Positions 26,897-38,330 are shown, counted from the first letter of the stretch. The stretch is 50,040 bases of DNA from a virus (IMGVR_UViG_2529293039_000013), one strand, 5' to 3'. Numbers and translations: made by a program. Notes: generated by a model from the sequence alone, not told the origin.

Positions 26897-28393
26897 TCTT
26901 TCACACATTATTGCCGCAGCATTCAATGAACCGCTGCTTCTGGAGCCCGCCTATGCGCGGGTTTTCTTTTGCGCGCTCGGGCGCGAGATGGGGGCAGCAA
27001 GTCTTTCGGTACCACAGCAGCAGGTACAGCTTGATGCTCCCGGAATGCTGGCTGAAACGGACGAGTACATGGCCGGAGGTAAACGACCGGCCCGTGTTTA
27101 CCGGGTGGTGAACGGTATTGCGGTACTGCCGGTGACCGGCACGCTGGTGCACCGGCTGGGGGGGATGCGGCCATTTTCCGGAATGACAGGCTATGACGGC
27201 ATTGTCGCCTGTCTTCAGCAGGCAATGGCGGATAGCCAGGTGCGGGGCGTACTGCTGGGACATTGACAGTCCGGGCGGGCAGGCCGCCGGCGCGTTTGAC
27301 TGCGCTGACATGATTTACCGCCTCCGTCAGCAGAAGCCGGTCTGGGCACTGTAGCAATGACACGGCCTGTTCTGCAGCCATGCTGCTGGCGTCGGCCTGC
27401 TCCCGACGGCTGGTTACCCAGACATCCCGTATCGGCTCCATTGGCGTGATGATGAGCCATGTCAGCTATGCCGGTCATCTGGCGCAGGCCGGTGTGGATA
27501 TCACGCTGATTTACTCAGGGGCGCACAAGGTGGATGGCAATCAGTTTGAAGCCTTACCGGCAGAGGTTCGCCAGGACATGCAGCAGCGCATTGATGCGGC
27601 GCGCCGGATGTTTGCCGAAAAAGTGGCCATGTTTACCGGTCTGTCTGTTGATGCCGTCACGGGAACAGAGGCCGCCGTTTTTGAAGGTCAGTCCGGCATT
27701 GATGCCGGGCTGGCGGATGAATTAGTCAATGCGTCGGATGCCATCAGTGTGATGGCCACGGCGCTGAACAGTAATGTCAGAGGAGGCACTATGCCGCAAT
27801 TAACTGCAACGGAAGCCGCCGCGCAGGAGAACCAGCGAGTGATGGGGATCCTGACATGCCAGGAAGCGAAAGGACGTGAACAGCTTGCCACGATGCTGGC
27901 AGGACAACAGGGCATGAGCGTTGAACAGGCCCGGGCGATTCTGGCCGCGGCGGCACCGCAGCAGCCGGTGGCATCCACGCAGAGTGAAGCCGATCGCATT
28001 ATGGCGTGTGAAGAAGCGAACGGTCGTGAACAACTGGCGGCAACGCTGGCGGCGATGCCGGAGATGACGGTGGAAAAAGCCCGCCCGATCCTGGCTGCTT
28101 CACCGCAGGCGGATGCCGGACCCTCACTCCGTGATCAGATCATGGCACTGGATGAGGCAAAAGGGGCTGAGGCGCAGGCTGAACAGCTGGCTGCCTGCCC
28201 GGGAATGACTGTGGAGAGCGCCCGGGCTGTGCTGGCTGCGGGATCAGGTAAGGCAGAACCGGTCTCTGCATCCACAACCGCCCTGTTTGAACGCATCATG
28301 GCGAACCATTCACCGGCTGCGGTACAGGGTGGCGTGCCACAGACGTCAGCAGACGGTGATGCGGACGTGAAAATGCTCATGGCCATGCCATGA
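26886..28393 (+). pseudogene. head maturation protease/scaffold C (lambda C/Nu3-like), interrupted by two frameshifts
   Basis: N-part ends 27266, C-part starts 27380; conserved middle segment reads in the third frame. Confidence 0.75.
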
Positions 28394-28429
28394 AGCCAGT
28401 GCTGACCATCAACAGGAGGTTTTTACAAT

Positions 28430-28777
28430 ATGGTAACGAAAAACATCACTGAACAGCGTGCGGAAGTACGTATTTTTGCCGGTAATGATCCGGCTCATAC
28501 CGCCACAGGCAGCAGCGGGATTTCCTCGGCAACACCGGCACTGACGCCCCTGATGCTGGATGAAGCCAGCGGGAAACTGGTGGTCTGGGACGGACAGAAA
28601 GCCGGTAGTGCAGTTGGCATACTGGTACTGCCGCTTGAAGGCACAGAGACGGTACTGACCTATTACAAGTCGGGGACCTTTGCGACGGAGGCAATCCGCT
28701 GGCCTGAAAGTGTGGATGAACACAAAAAGGCAAATGCCTTTGCCGGCAGTGCCCTGAGTCACGCGGCGCTGCCGTAA
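28430..28777 (+). CDS. head decoration protein D
   Basis: GNDPAHTATGSSG and YYKSGTFAT motifs match lambda gpD from memory. Confidence 0.8.
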   Translation: MVTKNITEQRAEVRIFAGNDPAHTATGSSGISSATPALTPLMLDEASGKLVVWDGQKAGSAVGILVLPLEGTETVLTYYKSGTFATEAIRWPESVDEHKKANAFAGSALSHAALP

Positions 28778-28834
28778 CACGTTATCAGGCCACCGCGGTG
28801 GCCTGACTGATTTCTGAATGAAAGGAACTGATTT

Positions 28835-29863
28835 ATGGGATTGTTTACGACCCGCCAGTTACTCGGTTATACCGAACAAAAAGTGAAATTTCGTGCGCTG
28901 TTTCTGGAGCTGTTTTTCCGCCGTACGGTGAATTTCCATACCGAAGAGGTGATGCTGGACAAAATTACCGGAAAAACGCCGGTGGCGGCCTATGTCTCCC
29001 CGGTTGTTGAAGGAAAAGTGCTGCGTCATCGCGGTGGTGAAACCCGCGTGTTACGTCCGGGCTACGTCAAGCCGAAACACGAATTTAATTACCAGCAGGC
29101 GGTTGAGCGTCTTCCCGGTGAAGATCCGGCTCAACTGAACGACCCGGCCTACCGTCGTCTGCGTATCATCACCGATAACCTCAAACAGGAAGAGCATGCC
29201 ATTGTCCAGGTGGAAGAAATGCAGGCGGTGAATGCCGTGCTGTATGGCAAATACACCATGGAAGGGGATCAGTTTGATACTGTCGAGGTGGATTTTGGAC
29301 GCTCTGAAGGAAATAACATTGAGCAGGCCGACGGTAAAAAATGGTCTGAGCAGGACCGTGATACGTTTGATCCGACGCATGATATTGACCTCTACTGCGA
29401 TCAGGCCAGCGGTCTTGTGAATATTGCCATTATGGACGGTACTGTCTGGCGTCTGCTGAATGGTTTTAAGCTGTTCCGCGAAAAACTGGATACCCGTCGC
29501 GGCTCAAATTCACAACTCGAAACGGCAGTGAAAGACCTGGGCGCGGTGGTGTCTTTCAAAGGGTATTACGGCGATCTGGCCATTGTGGTGGCGAAAACGT
29601 CTTATGTGGCAGAGGACGGTACCGAAAAACGTTATCTGCCGGAGGGCACGCTGGTCCTGGGAAATACGGCTGCAGATGGGATCCGTTGTTACGGTGCCAT
29701 TCAGGATGCGCAGGCGTTGTCCGAAGGTGTGGTGGCTTCTTCCCGTTACCCGAAACACTGGCTGACCGTGGGCGATCCGGCCCGTGAATTTACCATGACG
29801 CAGTCCGCACCGCTGATGGTGCTGCCGGATCCGGATGAGTTTGTGGTGGTGCAGGTGAAATAA
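28835..29863 (+). CDS. major capsid protein E
   Basis: 342 aa; strong match to lambda gpE from memory (TGDPAREFTMTQSAPLM). Confidence 0.9.
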   Translation: MGLFTTRQLLGYTEQKVKFRALFLELFFRRTVNFHTEEVMLDKITGKTPVAAYVSPVVEGKVLRHRGGETRVLRPGYVKPKHEFNYQQAVERLPGEDPAQLNDPAYRRLRIITDNLKQEEHAIVQVEEMQAVNAVLYGKYTMEGDQFDTVEVDFGRSEGNNIEQADGKKWSEQDRDTFDPTHDIDLYCDQASGLVNIAIMDGTVWRLLNGFKLFREKLDTRRGSNSQLETAVKDLGAVVSFKGYYGDLAIVVAKTSYVAEDGTEKRYLPEGTLVLGNTAADGIRCYGAIQDAQALSEGVVASSRYPKHWLTVGDPAREFTMTQSAPLMVLPDPDEFVVVQVK

Positions 29864-29914
29864 TCCGTGAGCGGGGGCGAAATGCCCCCGTGTCTTTTTT
29901 CACAGGGGGCTGAT

Positions 29915-30298
29915 ATGGCAACAAAAGAAGAAAATCAGAAACGTCTTCGTCAACTGGCTGGCCTGCTGGGGCGCGAGGCGGATATGGCGGGGAGTGCTGC
30001 GGATATTGCGCAACGTGTGTCTGAGTGGGAAGAGGAGCTTGCTGCTTCCCGGGAGGGCATTATGCCTGGTGATGAGAGCGGGCCTGAGCAAAATCACACA
30101 GACGATGGTGAGCAGTTGCACAACACTGATGCTACGGATGATGTTAAAGCGGTCCGTGTGCGGAAATGCCTGCATGTGATGGGGTATTGCCCGGAAACAG
30201 GCCGTCCCGTTGAACTGACGTACCGGGGCATGCGTGTTCTGGTGCCATTACCACTGGCGACAGCCATGATACAGCACGGAACGGCTGAGCATGCGTGA
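29915..30298 (+). CDS. DNA packaging protein FI-like
   Basis: position between E and FII; internal start with AGGGGG RBS; weak similarity. Confidence 0.5.
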   Translation: MATKEENQKRLRQLAGLLGREADMAGSAADIAQRVSEWEEELAASREGIMPGDESGPEQNHTDDGEQLHNTDATDDVKAVRVRKCLHVMGYCPETGRPVELTYRGMRVLVPLPLATAMIQHGTAEHA

Positions 30299-30644
30299 TT
30301 TTCAGAATGCCTTTGATGCTGCCCTCGCCGGGGTGGACAGCACGATTGTTGAAGTGATGGGGCTCTGTGCGCAGTTCACCTCGGGGGCACAGTGTGGCAG
30401 CGAAGTTCAGGGGGTTTTTGACGATCCGGAGTCGCTGGGGTTTGCCGGTAGCGGGGTCCGTATTGAAGGAAGCAGCCCGTCATTATTTGTGCGGACGGAT
30501 ACGGTTCGTGCCGTGCGGCGTGGTGACACGCTGACCATTAATGGTGAGATATTCTGGGTGGATCGTGTTTCTCCGGATGACGGGGGCAGCTGTTATCTCT
30601 GGCTCAACCGTGGTCAACCACCCGCAGTTAACCGGCGACGATAA
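30291..30644 (+). CDS. head-tail connector FII
   Basis: 117 aa; C-terminus WVDRVSPDDGGSCYLWLNRGQPPAVNRRR matches lambda FII. Confidence 0.8.
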   Translation: MRDFQNAFDAALAGVDSTIVEVMGLCAQFTSGAQCGSEVQGVFDDPESLGFAGSGVRIEGSSPSLFVRTDTVRAVRRGDTLTINGEIFWVDRVSPDDGGSCYLWLNRGQPPAVNRRR

Positions 30645-30659
30645 ACGCAGGGTGAAATT

Positions 30660-31193
30660 ATGACGATAAAAGGGCTTGATCAGGCGATTGACAATCTGAG
30701 CCGGGTTCGTAAAAACGCCATTCCGGCGGCTTCAGCAATGGCCATTAACCGCGTGGCCACAACGGCGATTAATCAGTCTTCATCACAGGTTGCCCGGGAG
30801 ACCAAGGTTCGCCGGAAACTGGTTAAGGAACGGTCCAGACTGAAACGGGCGACGGTCAGAAATCCGAATGCCAGAATTATCGTTAACCGCGGTGATCTCC
30901 CTGTGATTAAGCTGGGGATCAGGATGCCGGGGCGTCGCCCGAACAGCATACTTAAAGCCGGTCAGCATCGGTATCAGCGGGCATTTATTCAGCGATTAAA
31001 AAATGGTCGCTGGCATGTCATGCAGCGTGTGGCCGGGAAAAACCGTTACCCCATTGATGTGGTGAAAATCCCGATGGCGGCCCCACTGAAACAGGCATTT
31101 GATGAGAATGTTGACCGTATCCGGCGTGAACGCCTGCCTAAAGAACTGGCATCCGTGCTGAAACAACAACTGAGGATTGCAATAAAACGATGA
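30660..31193 (+). CDS. tail completion protein Z
   Basis: N- and C-terminal thirds match lambda gpZ from memory; central region shorter and divergent. Confidence 0.8.
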   Translation: MTIKGLDQAIDNLSRVRKNAIPAASAMAINRVATTAINQSSSQVARETKVRRKLVKERSRLKRATVRNPNARIIVNRGDLPVIKLGIRMPGRRPNSILKAGQHRYQRAFIQRLKNGRWHVMQRVAGKNRYPIDVVKIPMAAPLKQAFDENVDRIRRERLPKELASVLKQQLRIAIKR

Positions 31194-31585
31194 AACACAC
31201 TGACATTCGTGCCGCAGTGCTGGATGCACTCGAGCAGCATGAACACGGGGCGACGCTGTTTGATGGTCGCCCCGTTGTTTTTGACGAAGAGGATTTTCCT
31301 GCGATCGCGGTTTATCTGACGGATGCAGAGTATACCGGTGAAGAGCTGGATGCAGATACCTGGCGGGCCACGCTGCATATTGAGGTGTTTTTACCGGCAC
31401 AGGTACCGGATTCAGAGCTTGATCAGTGGATGGAAAGCCGGATTTACCCGGCGATGACCGCGATCCCGGCACTGGCAGGACTGATTACCACGATGGTTAC
31501 GCAGGGCTATGAGTATCGTCGTGATGACGATATGGCGTTATGGAGTTCTGCAGATCTGACTTATTCCATTACATACGAGATGTGA
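31190..31585 (+). CDS. tail terminator protein U
   Basis: 131 aa; [18 protein letters not shown] matches lambda gpU. Confidence 0.85.
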   Translation: MKHTDIRAAVLDALEQHEHGATLFDGRPVVFDEEDFPAIAVYLTDAEYTGEELDADTWRATLHIEVFLPAQVPDSELDQWMESRIYPAMTAIPALAGLITTMVTQGYEYRRDDDMALWSSADLTYSITYEM

Positions 31586-31592
31586 GGACGAT

Positions 31593-32345
31593 ATGGCAAC
31601 ACCAAATCCCCTTGAGCCGGTAAAAGGTGCCGGTACCACTCTGTGGGTTTACAACGGCAAGGGTGATGCTTATGCAAACCCGTTGTCAGACGATGACTGG
31701 CAGCGACTGGCTAAGGTGAAGGATCTGACGCCGGGCGAGATGACGGCAGAATCCTACGATGATAACTACCTGGATGATGAAGACGCGGACTGGACCGCGA
31801 CCGGGCAGGGGCAGAAATCTGCAGGTGATACCAGTTTTACGCTGGCCTGGAAACCGGGAGAGGAAGGCCAGAAAGGGCTTATAGGCTGGTTTGAAAGCGG
31901 CGATGTCCGGGCCTATAAAATCCGTTTTCCGAATGGCACGGTGGATGTGTTTCGTGGCTGGGTCAGCAGTATCGGTAAGGCCGTGACGGCGAAAGAAGTG
32001 ATCACCCGCACGGTGAAAGTCACTAACGTGGGTAAACCTTCTGTAGCGGAAGAACGCAGCAAAATTACGCCGGTCAGTGCGATTAAGGTGACGCCGACAT
32101 CCGGTACGGTGGCAAAAGGGAAAACAACCACCCTGACGGTTTCTTTTGAGCCGGAAAGTGCAACCGACAAGACGTTCAGAGCGGTTTCCGCCGATCCGTC
32201 GAAAGCCACCATTAGTGTGAAAGATATGACAATTACGGTAAACGGCGTGGCGACAGGTAAGGTGCAGATCCCTGTGGTGAGCGGAAATGGTCAGTTCGCC
32301 GCAGTGGCTGAAGTCACCGTTACTGAAGCGGGCGCTGCAGGGTAA
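31593..32345 (+). CDS. major tail protein V with C-terminal Ig-like domain
   Basis: strong match to lambda gpV ([11 protein letters not shown]...). Confidence 0.9.
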   Translation: MATPNPLEPVKGAGTTLWVYNGKGDAYANPLSDDDWQRLAKVKDLTPGEMTAESYDDNYLDDEDADWTATGQGQKSAGDTSFTLAWKPGEEGQKGLIGWFESGDVRAYKIRFPNGTVDVFRGWVSSIGKAVTAKEVITRTVKVTNVGKPSVAEERSKITPVSAIKVTPTSGTVAKGKTTTLTVSFEPESATDKTFRAVSADPSKATISVKDMTITVNGVATGKVQIPVVSGNGQFAAVAEVTVTEAGAAG

Positions 32346-32358
32346 ACGGAGGTCATAC

Positions 32359-32790
32359 ATGTTTCTGAAAACAGAACAATTTGAATATAACGGTGTGTCC
32401 GTCACGCTTTCCGAATTGTCTGCGCTGCAGCGTATTGAGCATCTTGCCCTCCTGAAACGGCGTGCAGAACAGGCAGAATCCAGCGGCAACCTGCAGGTAA
32501 GCGTGGAAGATCTCGTCAGAACCGGCGCGTTTCTGGTGGCGATGTCCCTGTGGCATAACCATCCGCAGAAAACGGCATCACCGTCAATGAATGAGGCTGT
32601 GATGCAGATCGAACAGGAGGTGCTCACCACCTGGCCTGCGGATGCCATTGCCCGGGCGGAAGATGTGGTGTTGCGTCTGTCCGGGATGAGCGGGGCTGTT
32701 CATGCGGATACTGACAGCACCGAAGTGGCGAAAAATAACGCGCTGACTGATGATGATTTTTCTGCGGGAAAGTCTTCGACGGCGAGCTGA
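32359..32790 (+). CDS. tail assembly chaperone G
   Basis: MFLKTEQFEYNGVSVTLSELSALQRIEHLAL matches lambda gpG; GGAGG RBS. Confidence 0.8.
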   Translation: MFLKTEQFEYNGVSVTLSELSALQRIEHLALLKRRAEQAESSGNLQVSVEDLVRTGAFLVAMSLWHNHPQKTASPSMNEAVMQIEQEVLTTWPADAIARAEDVVLRLSGMSGAVHADTDSTEVAKNNALTDDDFSAGKSSTAS

Positions 32791-33230
32791 ATTTTGCCCT
32801 CAGACTGGCGCGTGAGATGGGGAGGCCTGACTGGCGCGCCATGCTTGCCGGGATGACATCCACCGAATATGCCGACTGGCGACATTTTTACCGTACGCAT
32901 TATTTTCTCGATACCCAACTGGATATGCATTTTTCCGGGCTGACGTACGCCGTACTCAGCCTGTTTTTTTGCGATCCGGATATGCATCCCTCTGATTTCA
33001 GTCTGCTTGCCCCCCGGCGTGAGGAAGCGCAGACGGAGATGCCGGATGAGGAAAAAATGCTGATGCAGAAAGCGGCAGGACTTGCCGGAGGCGTCCGGTT
33101 TGGTGGGGACGGAGGGCGTGAGATTTTATCGTCTGCGGATGTGGCGGATGTCAGCGAGGATGATGTCGCATTAATGATGGCTTCAGCGGGGATTTCCGGA
33201 GGTGTGAGATATGTCCCAGCCGGTTGGTGA
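32359..33230 (+). CDS. tail assembly chaperone G-T fusion made by programmed -1 frameshift
   Basis: slippery G GGA AAG near end of G; -1 frame continues as T-like sequence (FDGELNFALRLAREMGRPDWRAMLAG) to 33230. Confidence 0.65.
32766..32772 (+). promoter_or_regulatory. programmed -1 ribosomal frameshift slippery heptamer GGGAAAG
   Basis: canonical lambda G-T slippery sequence in the expected frame. Confidence 0.6.
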
Positions 33231-35789
33231 TCTTGTTATTGACCTGAGTCTGGATGCGGTCCGTTTCGATGAGCAGATGAGCCGGGTAAGGCGTCATTTT
33301 TCCGGACTGGAGACTGACGCCAGAAAAACCGCCGGTGTTGTTGAGCAGAACCTGAGTCGTCAGGCGCTGGCTGCACAAAAAGCCGGGATTTCCGTCGGGC
33401 AGTATAAAGCGGCCATGCGAACCCTGCCCGCACAGTTTACGGATATCGCCACGCAGCTTGCCGGTGGTCAGAATCCCTGGCTGATCCTGCTGCAACAGGG
33501 CGGTCAGGTGAAGGACTCCTTCGGCGGGATGATCCCCATGCTCAGGGGACTTGCCGGTGCGATCACCCTGCCGATGGTCGGGGTCACCTCGCTGGCGGTG
33601 GCGACAGGTGCGCTGGCGTACGCCTGGTACCAGGGGGATTCCACGCTTTCAGCGTTTAATAAAACCCTGGTTCTTTCCGGTAATCAGTCCGGACTGACTG
33701 CCGATCGCATGCTGACGCTCTCCAGAGCCGGACAGGCCGCAGGGCTGACGTTTAACCAGGCGAGTGAGTCACTGGCAGCCCTGGTGAATGCCGGTGTGCG
33801 TGGTGGTGAACAGTTTGATGCCATCAACCAGAGTGTCGCGCGTTTTGCTTCTGCATCCGGTGTGGAGGTGGACAAGGTTGCAGAGGCTTTCGGAAAACTG
33901 ACTACCGACCCGACGTCGGGACTGATGGCGATGGCGCGCCAGTTCCGTAACGTGACGGCAGAGCAGATTGCGTATGTTGCACAGCTGCAGCGTTCCGGAG
34001 ACGAGGCCGGGGCATTGCAGGCGGCGAACGATATCGCCACGAAAGGCTTTGATGAGCAGACCCGTCGCCTGAAAGAAAACATGGGAACACTGGAGACCTG
34101 GGCGGATAAAACAGGGAAGGCATTCAAATCGATGTGGGATGCCATTCTGGATATCGGTCGTCCTGAGTCCTCAGCGGATATGCTCGCCAGTGCACAGAAG
34201 GCATTTGATGAGGCGGATAAAAAATGGCAGTGGTACCAGAGCCGGAGCCAGCGCCGGGGAAAACCGCCTCTTTCCGGGCCAACCTTCAGGGCGCATGGAA
34301 TGACCGGGAAAATGCCCGTCTGGGGCTGGCAGCGGCCACGCTGCAGTCGGATATGGAAAAAGCCGGTGAACTGGCCGCCAGGGACCGGGCCGAACGGGAC
34401 GCATCACAGCTGAAGTATACCGGAGAGGCGCAGAAGGCGTATGAGCGTCTGCTGACGCCGCTGGAGAAATATACCGCCCGTCAGGAAGAACTGAATAAGG
34501 CCCTGAAAGACGGGAAAATCCTGCAGGCGGATTACAACACGCTGATGGCGGCGGCGAAAAAGGATTATGAATCGACGCTGAAAAAGCCGAAGTCGTCAGG
34601 AGTCAAAGTGTCAGCCGGTGAGCGTCAGGAAGACCAGGCGCATGCTGCCCTGCTGGCGCTTGAAACCGAGCTCCGGACGCTGGAAAAACACAGCGGTGCG
34701 AATGAGAAAATCAGCCAGCAGCGTCGCGATTTATGGAAAGCGGAAAATCAGTATGCGGTCCTGAAAGAGGCAGCCACGAAACGGCAGTTATCTGAGCAGG
34801 AAAAATCCCTGCTGACCCATGAGAAAGAGACGCTGGAGTACAAACGCCAGCTGGCTGAGCTGGGAGACAAAGTTGAACACCAGAAACGGCTGAATGAGCT
34901 GGCACAGCAGGCTGCGCGGTTTGAACAGCAGCAGAGTGCGAAGCAGGCGGCAATCAGTGCCCAGGCGCGGGGCCTCACCGACCGTCAGGTGCAGCGGGAG
35001 TCGGAAGAGCAGCGCCTTCGTGACGTGTACGGTGATAATCCGGATGCGCTGGCGAAGGCCACATCTGCACTGAAGAACACCTGGTCTGCGGAGGAGCAGC
35101 TTCGTGGAAGCTGGATGGCCGGTCTGAAGTCCGGCTGGGGCGAGTGGGCAGAAAGTGCGACGGACAGTTTTTCGCAGGTTAAAAGCGTGGCCACGCAGAC
35201 CTTTGACGGTATTGCACAGAATATGGCAGCGATGCTGACCGGCAGCGAACAGAGCTGGCGTGGTTTCACCCGTTCTGTGCTCTCCATGCTGACAGAGATT
35301 TTTCTGAAGCAGGCCATGGTGGGGATTGTCGGGAGTATTGGCAGCGCCATGGGTGGTGCTTTCGGTGGTGGGGCGTCTGCCTCCACGGGGACGGCCATTC
35401 AGGCTGCGGCGGCGAACTTCCATTTCGCGACCGGAGGATTTACGGGAACCGGTGGCAAATACGAACCTGCCGGTATTGTCCACCGCGGGGAGTTTGTCTT
35501 CACGAAGGAGGCAACCAGCCGGATTGGCGTCGGCAACCTGTATCGTCTGATGCGCGGGTATGCGGAAGGTGGTTATGTGGGCGGTGCCGGAAGTCCGGCG
35601 CAGATGCGGCGGGCGGAAGGCATTAGTTTTAATCAGAACAATCACGTGGTGATTCAGAACGACGGCACCAACGGACAGGCGGGGCCGCAGCTGATGAAGG
35701 CGGTGTATGACATGGCCCGCAAGGGGGCGCAGGATGAGATTCAGGCGCAGATGCGTGATGGCGGCGTCTTTTCCGGAGGCAGGCGATGA
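33211..35789 (+). pseudogene. tail tape measure protein H, interrupted by a frameshift
   Basis: track ORFs 33211-34413 and 34224-35789 in different frames; both match lambda gpH; junction at an A-run. Confidence 0.8.
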
Positions 35790-36115
35790 AAACATTTCGC
35801 TGGAAAGTGAAGCCGGATATGGAGGTGAACTCGCAGCCATCGGTGCGTGAAGTGCGTTTTGGTGACGGGTATTCGCAGCGTATGGCGGCGGGGCTGAATG
35901 CTGACCTGAAAACATACCGTGTGACGCTTTCCGTGACCCGGGAGGAGGCCCGACATCTGGAGGCATTCCTGGCAGAGCACGGTGGCTGGAAGGCGTTTCT
36001 GTGGACACCGCCTTATGCCTGGCGGCAGATAAAGGTGACCTGTGCCGCCTGGTCATCACGGGTTCGCATGCTGCGGGTTGAATTCAGCGCGGAGTTTAAG
36101 CAGGTGGTGAACTGA
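35786..36115 (+). CDS. tail tip protein M
   Basis: 109 aa; MKTFRWKVKP matches lambda gpM. Confidence 0.85.
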   Translation: MKTFRWKVKPDMEVNSQPSVREVRFGDGYSQRMAAGLNADLKTYRVTLSVTREEARHLEAFLAEHGGWKAFLWTPPYAWRQIKVTCAAWSSRVRMLRVEFSAEFKQVVN

Positions 36116-36813
36116 TGCAGGATATTCACGAAGAAAGTCTGAACGAGTCGGTTAAATCAGAGCAGTCACCGCGGGTGGTACTCTGGGAAATCGACCTGAC
36201 GGTACAGGGTGGTGAGCGGTATTTTTTCTGCAATGAGCTGAATGAAAAAGGGGAGGCGGTTACCTGGCAGGGGCGGCAATATCAGGCATACCCGATTGAC
36301 GGCAGTGGCTTTGAGATGAACGGGAAGGGCAGCAGTGCCCGCCCGTCGCTGACGGTGTCGAATCTGTTCGGTCTGGTCACCGGAATGGCGGAGGACCTGC
36401 AGAGCCTGGTGGGGGCCACGGTGGTCCGCCGCCGGGTGTATGCCCGTTTTCTGGATGCGGTGAATTTTGTGGCGGGCAATCCGGAAGCGGACCCGGAGCA
36501 GGAGCTGAGCGACCGCTGGGTGGTGGAGCAGATGTCAGAGCTGACGGCCATGACAGCCTCGTTTGTGCTGGCAACACCGACGGAGACGGACGGAGCGCTG
36601 TTTCCCGGTCGCATCATGCTGGCGAACACCTGTATGTGGGATTACCGGGGAGATGAATGCGGGTATAACGGTCCTGCGGTGGCGGATGAGTTCGATAAAC
36701 CCACCACCGATATCCGTAAGGACAGATGCAGCAAGTGCATGCGCGGGTGTGAGATGCGCGGCATGGTGGCTAATTTTGGCGGTTTCCTTTCCATTAACAA
36801 ACTTTCGCAGTAA
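36115..36813 (+). CDS. tail tip protein L
   Basis: 232 aa; matches lambda gpL incl. C-terminal FGGFLSINKLSQ. Confidence 0.85.
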   Translation: MQDIHEESLNESVKSEQSPRVVLWEIDLTVQGGERYFFCNELNEKGEAVTWQGRQYQAYPIDGSGFEMNGKGSSARPSLTVSNLFGLVTGMAEDLQSLVGATVVRRRVYARFLDAVNFVAGNPEADPEQELSDRWVVEQMSELTAMTASFVLATPTETDGALFPGRIMLANTCMWDYRGDECGYNGPAVADEFDKPTTDIRKDRCSKCMRGCEMRGMVANFGGFLSINKLSQ

Positions 36814-36818
36814 ATCCA

Positions 36819-37562
36819 ATGACACAGACAGAATCAGCGATTCTGGCGCATGCCCGGCGGTGTGTGCCTGCGGAGTCGTGCGGCTTCGTGGTGAGAACGC
36901 CGGAGGGGGAGCGGTATATCCCTTGTGTGAATATCTCTGCAGAGCCTGAGGCATATTTTCGTATTGCCCCGGAAGACTGGCTGCGGGCAGAGATGCAGGG
37001 GGAGATTGTGGCGCTGGTTCACAGTCGTCCCGGTGGTCTGCCCTGGCTGAGCGAGGCTGACCGGCGGCTGCAGATAAAAAGCGCACTGCCCTGGTGGCTG
37101 GTCAGCCGGGGTGACATTCACAAATTCCGCTGCGTTCCGCACCTGACCGGACGGCGCTTTGAACACGGGGTGACGGACTGTTACACCCTGTTCCGGGATG
37201 CATACCATCTGGCGGGGATTGAGATGCCGGATTTTCACCGTGAGGATGAGTGGTGGCGCAACGGTCAGAACCTGTACCTGGACAATATGGAGGCAACGGG
37301 CTTTTACCGGGTGCCCCTGTCCTCTGCACAGGCGGGCGATATCCTGCTGTGCTGCTTTGGCGCATCGGTGGCCAATCATGCCGCCATTTACTGCGGCAAC
37401 GGTGAACTGCTTCACCATCTGCCTGAACAACTGAGTAAACGGGAGAGGTATTCCGAAAAATGGCAACGACGAACGCATTCTGTCTGGCGTCACCGCCACT
37501 GGCACGCATCTGCCTTCACGGGGATTTGCAACGATTTGGCCGCCGCCTCAGCCTGTATGTGA
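36819..37562 (+). CDS. tail tip assembly protein K; 3' extent uncertain, overlaps I
   Basis: N-terminus TESAILAHARRC...ESCGFVV matches lambda gpK. Confidence 0.75.
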   Translation: MTQTESAILAHARRCVPAESCGFVVRTPEGERYIPCVNISAEPEAYFRIAPEDWLRAEMQGEIVALVHSRPGGLPWLSEADRRLQIKSALPWWLVSRGDIHKFRCVPHLTGRRFEHGVTDCYTLFRDAYHLAGIEMPDFHREDEWWRNGQNLYLDNMEATGFYRVPLSSAQAGDILLCCFGASVANHAAIYCGNGELLHHLPEQLSKRERYSEKWQRRTHSVWRHRHWHASAFTGICNDLAAASACM

Positions 37563-38140
37563 ACACGGCAGCGGAAGCCATCCGGGCGCTGTCGTTACAG
37601 GTGCCGGGATTCCGCCGTCAGATGAACGAAGGCTGGTACCAGATACGTATTGCCGGTGAAGACACGGCACCGGAGGTGGTGTACGCCCGCCTTCACGAAC
37701 AGCTGGGTGAGGGAACGGTCATCCACATTGTGCCGCGACTGGCCGGGGCCGGAAAGGGTGGACTGCAGATTGTGTTGGGGGCGGCAGCCATCGTGGGCTC
37801 TTTCTTCACTGCCGGGGCATCAATGGCGTTATGGGGTTCAGCCCTGGCAGCCGGTGGTTTTTCTGCCACCACGATGCTGTTTTCTCTGGGGGCCAGCATG
37901 ATTCTGGGTGGTGTGGCTCAGATGCTGGCCCCGAAGGCTAAAGTACCGGAGTACAAAAGCACGGATAACGGCAGACAGAACACGTATTTTTCGTCACTGG
38001 ACAACATGATTGCCCAGGGGAACCCGATGCCGGTGCCTTACGGGGAAATGCTGGTTGGCTCCCGCCGTATATCCCAGGACATCAGTACCCGTGATGAAGG
38101 CGGGGGCGGAAAGGTCGTGGTTATCGGGCGGCAGGCATAA
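37460..38140 (+). CDS. tail tip assembly protein I
   Basis: ICLHGDLQRFGRR and C-terminal hydrophobic region match lambda gpI. Confidence 0.8.
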   Translation: MATTNAFCLASPPLARICLHGDLQRFGRRLSLYVNTAAEAIRALSLQVPGFRRQMNEGWYQIRIAGEDTAPEVVYARLHEQLGEGTVIHIVPRLAGAGKGGLQIVLGAAAIVGSFFTAGASMALWGSALAAGGFSATTMLFSLGASMILGGVAQMLAPKAKVPEYKSTDNGRQNTYFSSLDNMIAQGNPMPVPYGEMLVGSRRISQDISTRDEGGGGKVVVIGRQA

Positions 38141-38330
38141 AAGCGAAAAAATCCCGCAGTGCTCACGGACAGGAACTGCGGGAGCGTTACGAAGATTGAG
38201 TGTAAGGAATTATTCTTATGTCACGACAAAAACATTAACTCAGAGAGGGAGGATGTGCCGTTCTTTTCAGGGAGAAAGGATTTATCGTCCTGAGGAATAA
38301 AGGTAAGGGGCCCGCCCCTTACCTGACTGA

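Noticed and set aside
31686-32648. 320-aa minus-strand ORF antisense to V and G
   Set aside because: Fully overlaps strongly conserved lambda-like tail genes on the plus strand; Arg/Cys-rich low-complexity translation typical of antisense frames in GC-rich coding DNA.
34788-36059. 423-aa minus-strand ORF antisense to tape measure gene H and M
   Set aside because: Overlaps conserved H/M coding sequence; Pro/Arg-rich composition; no start-site support.
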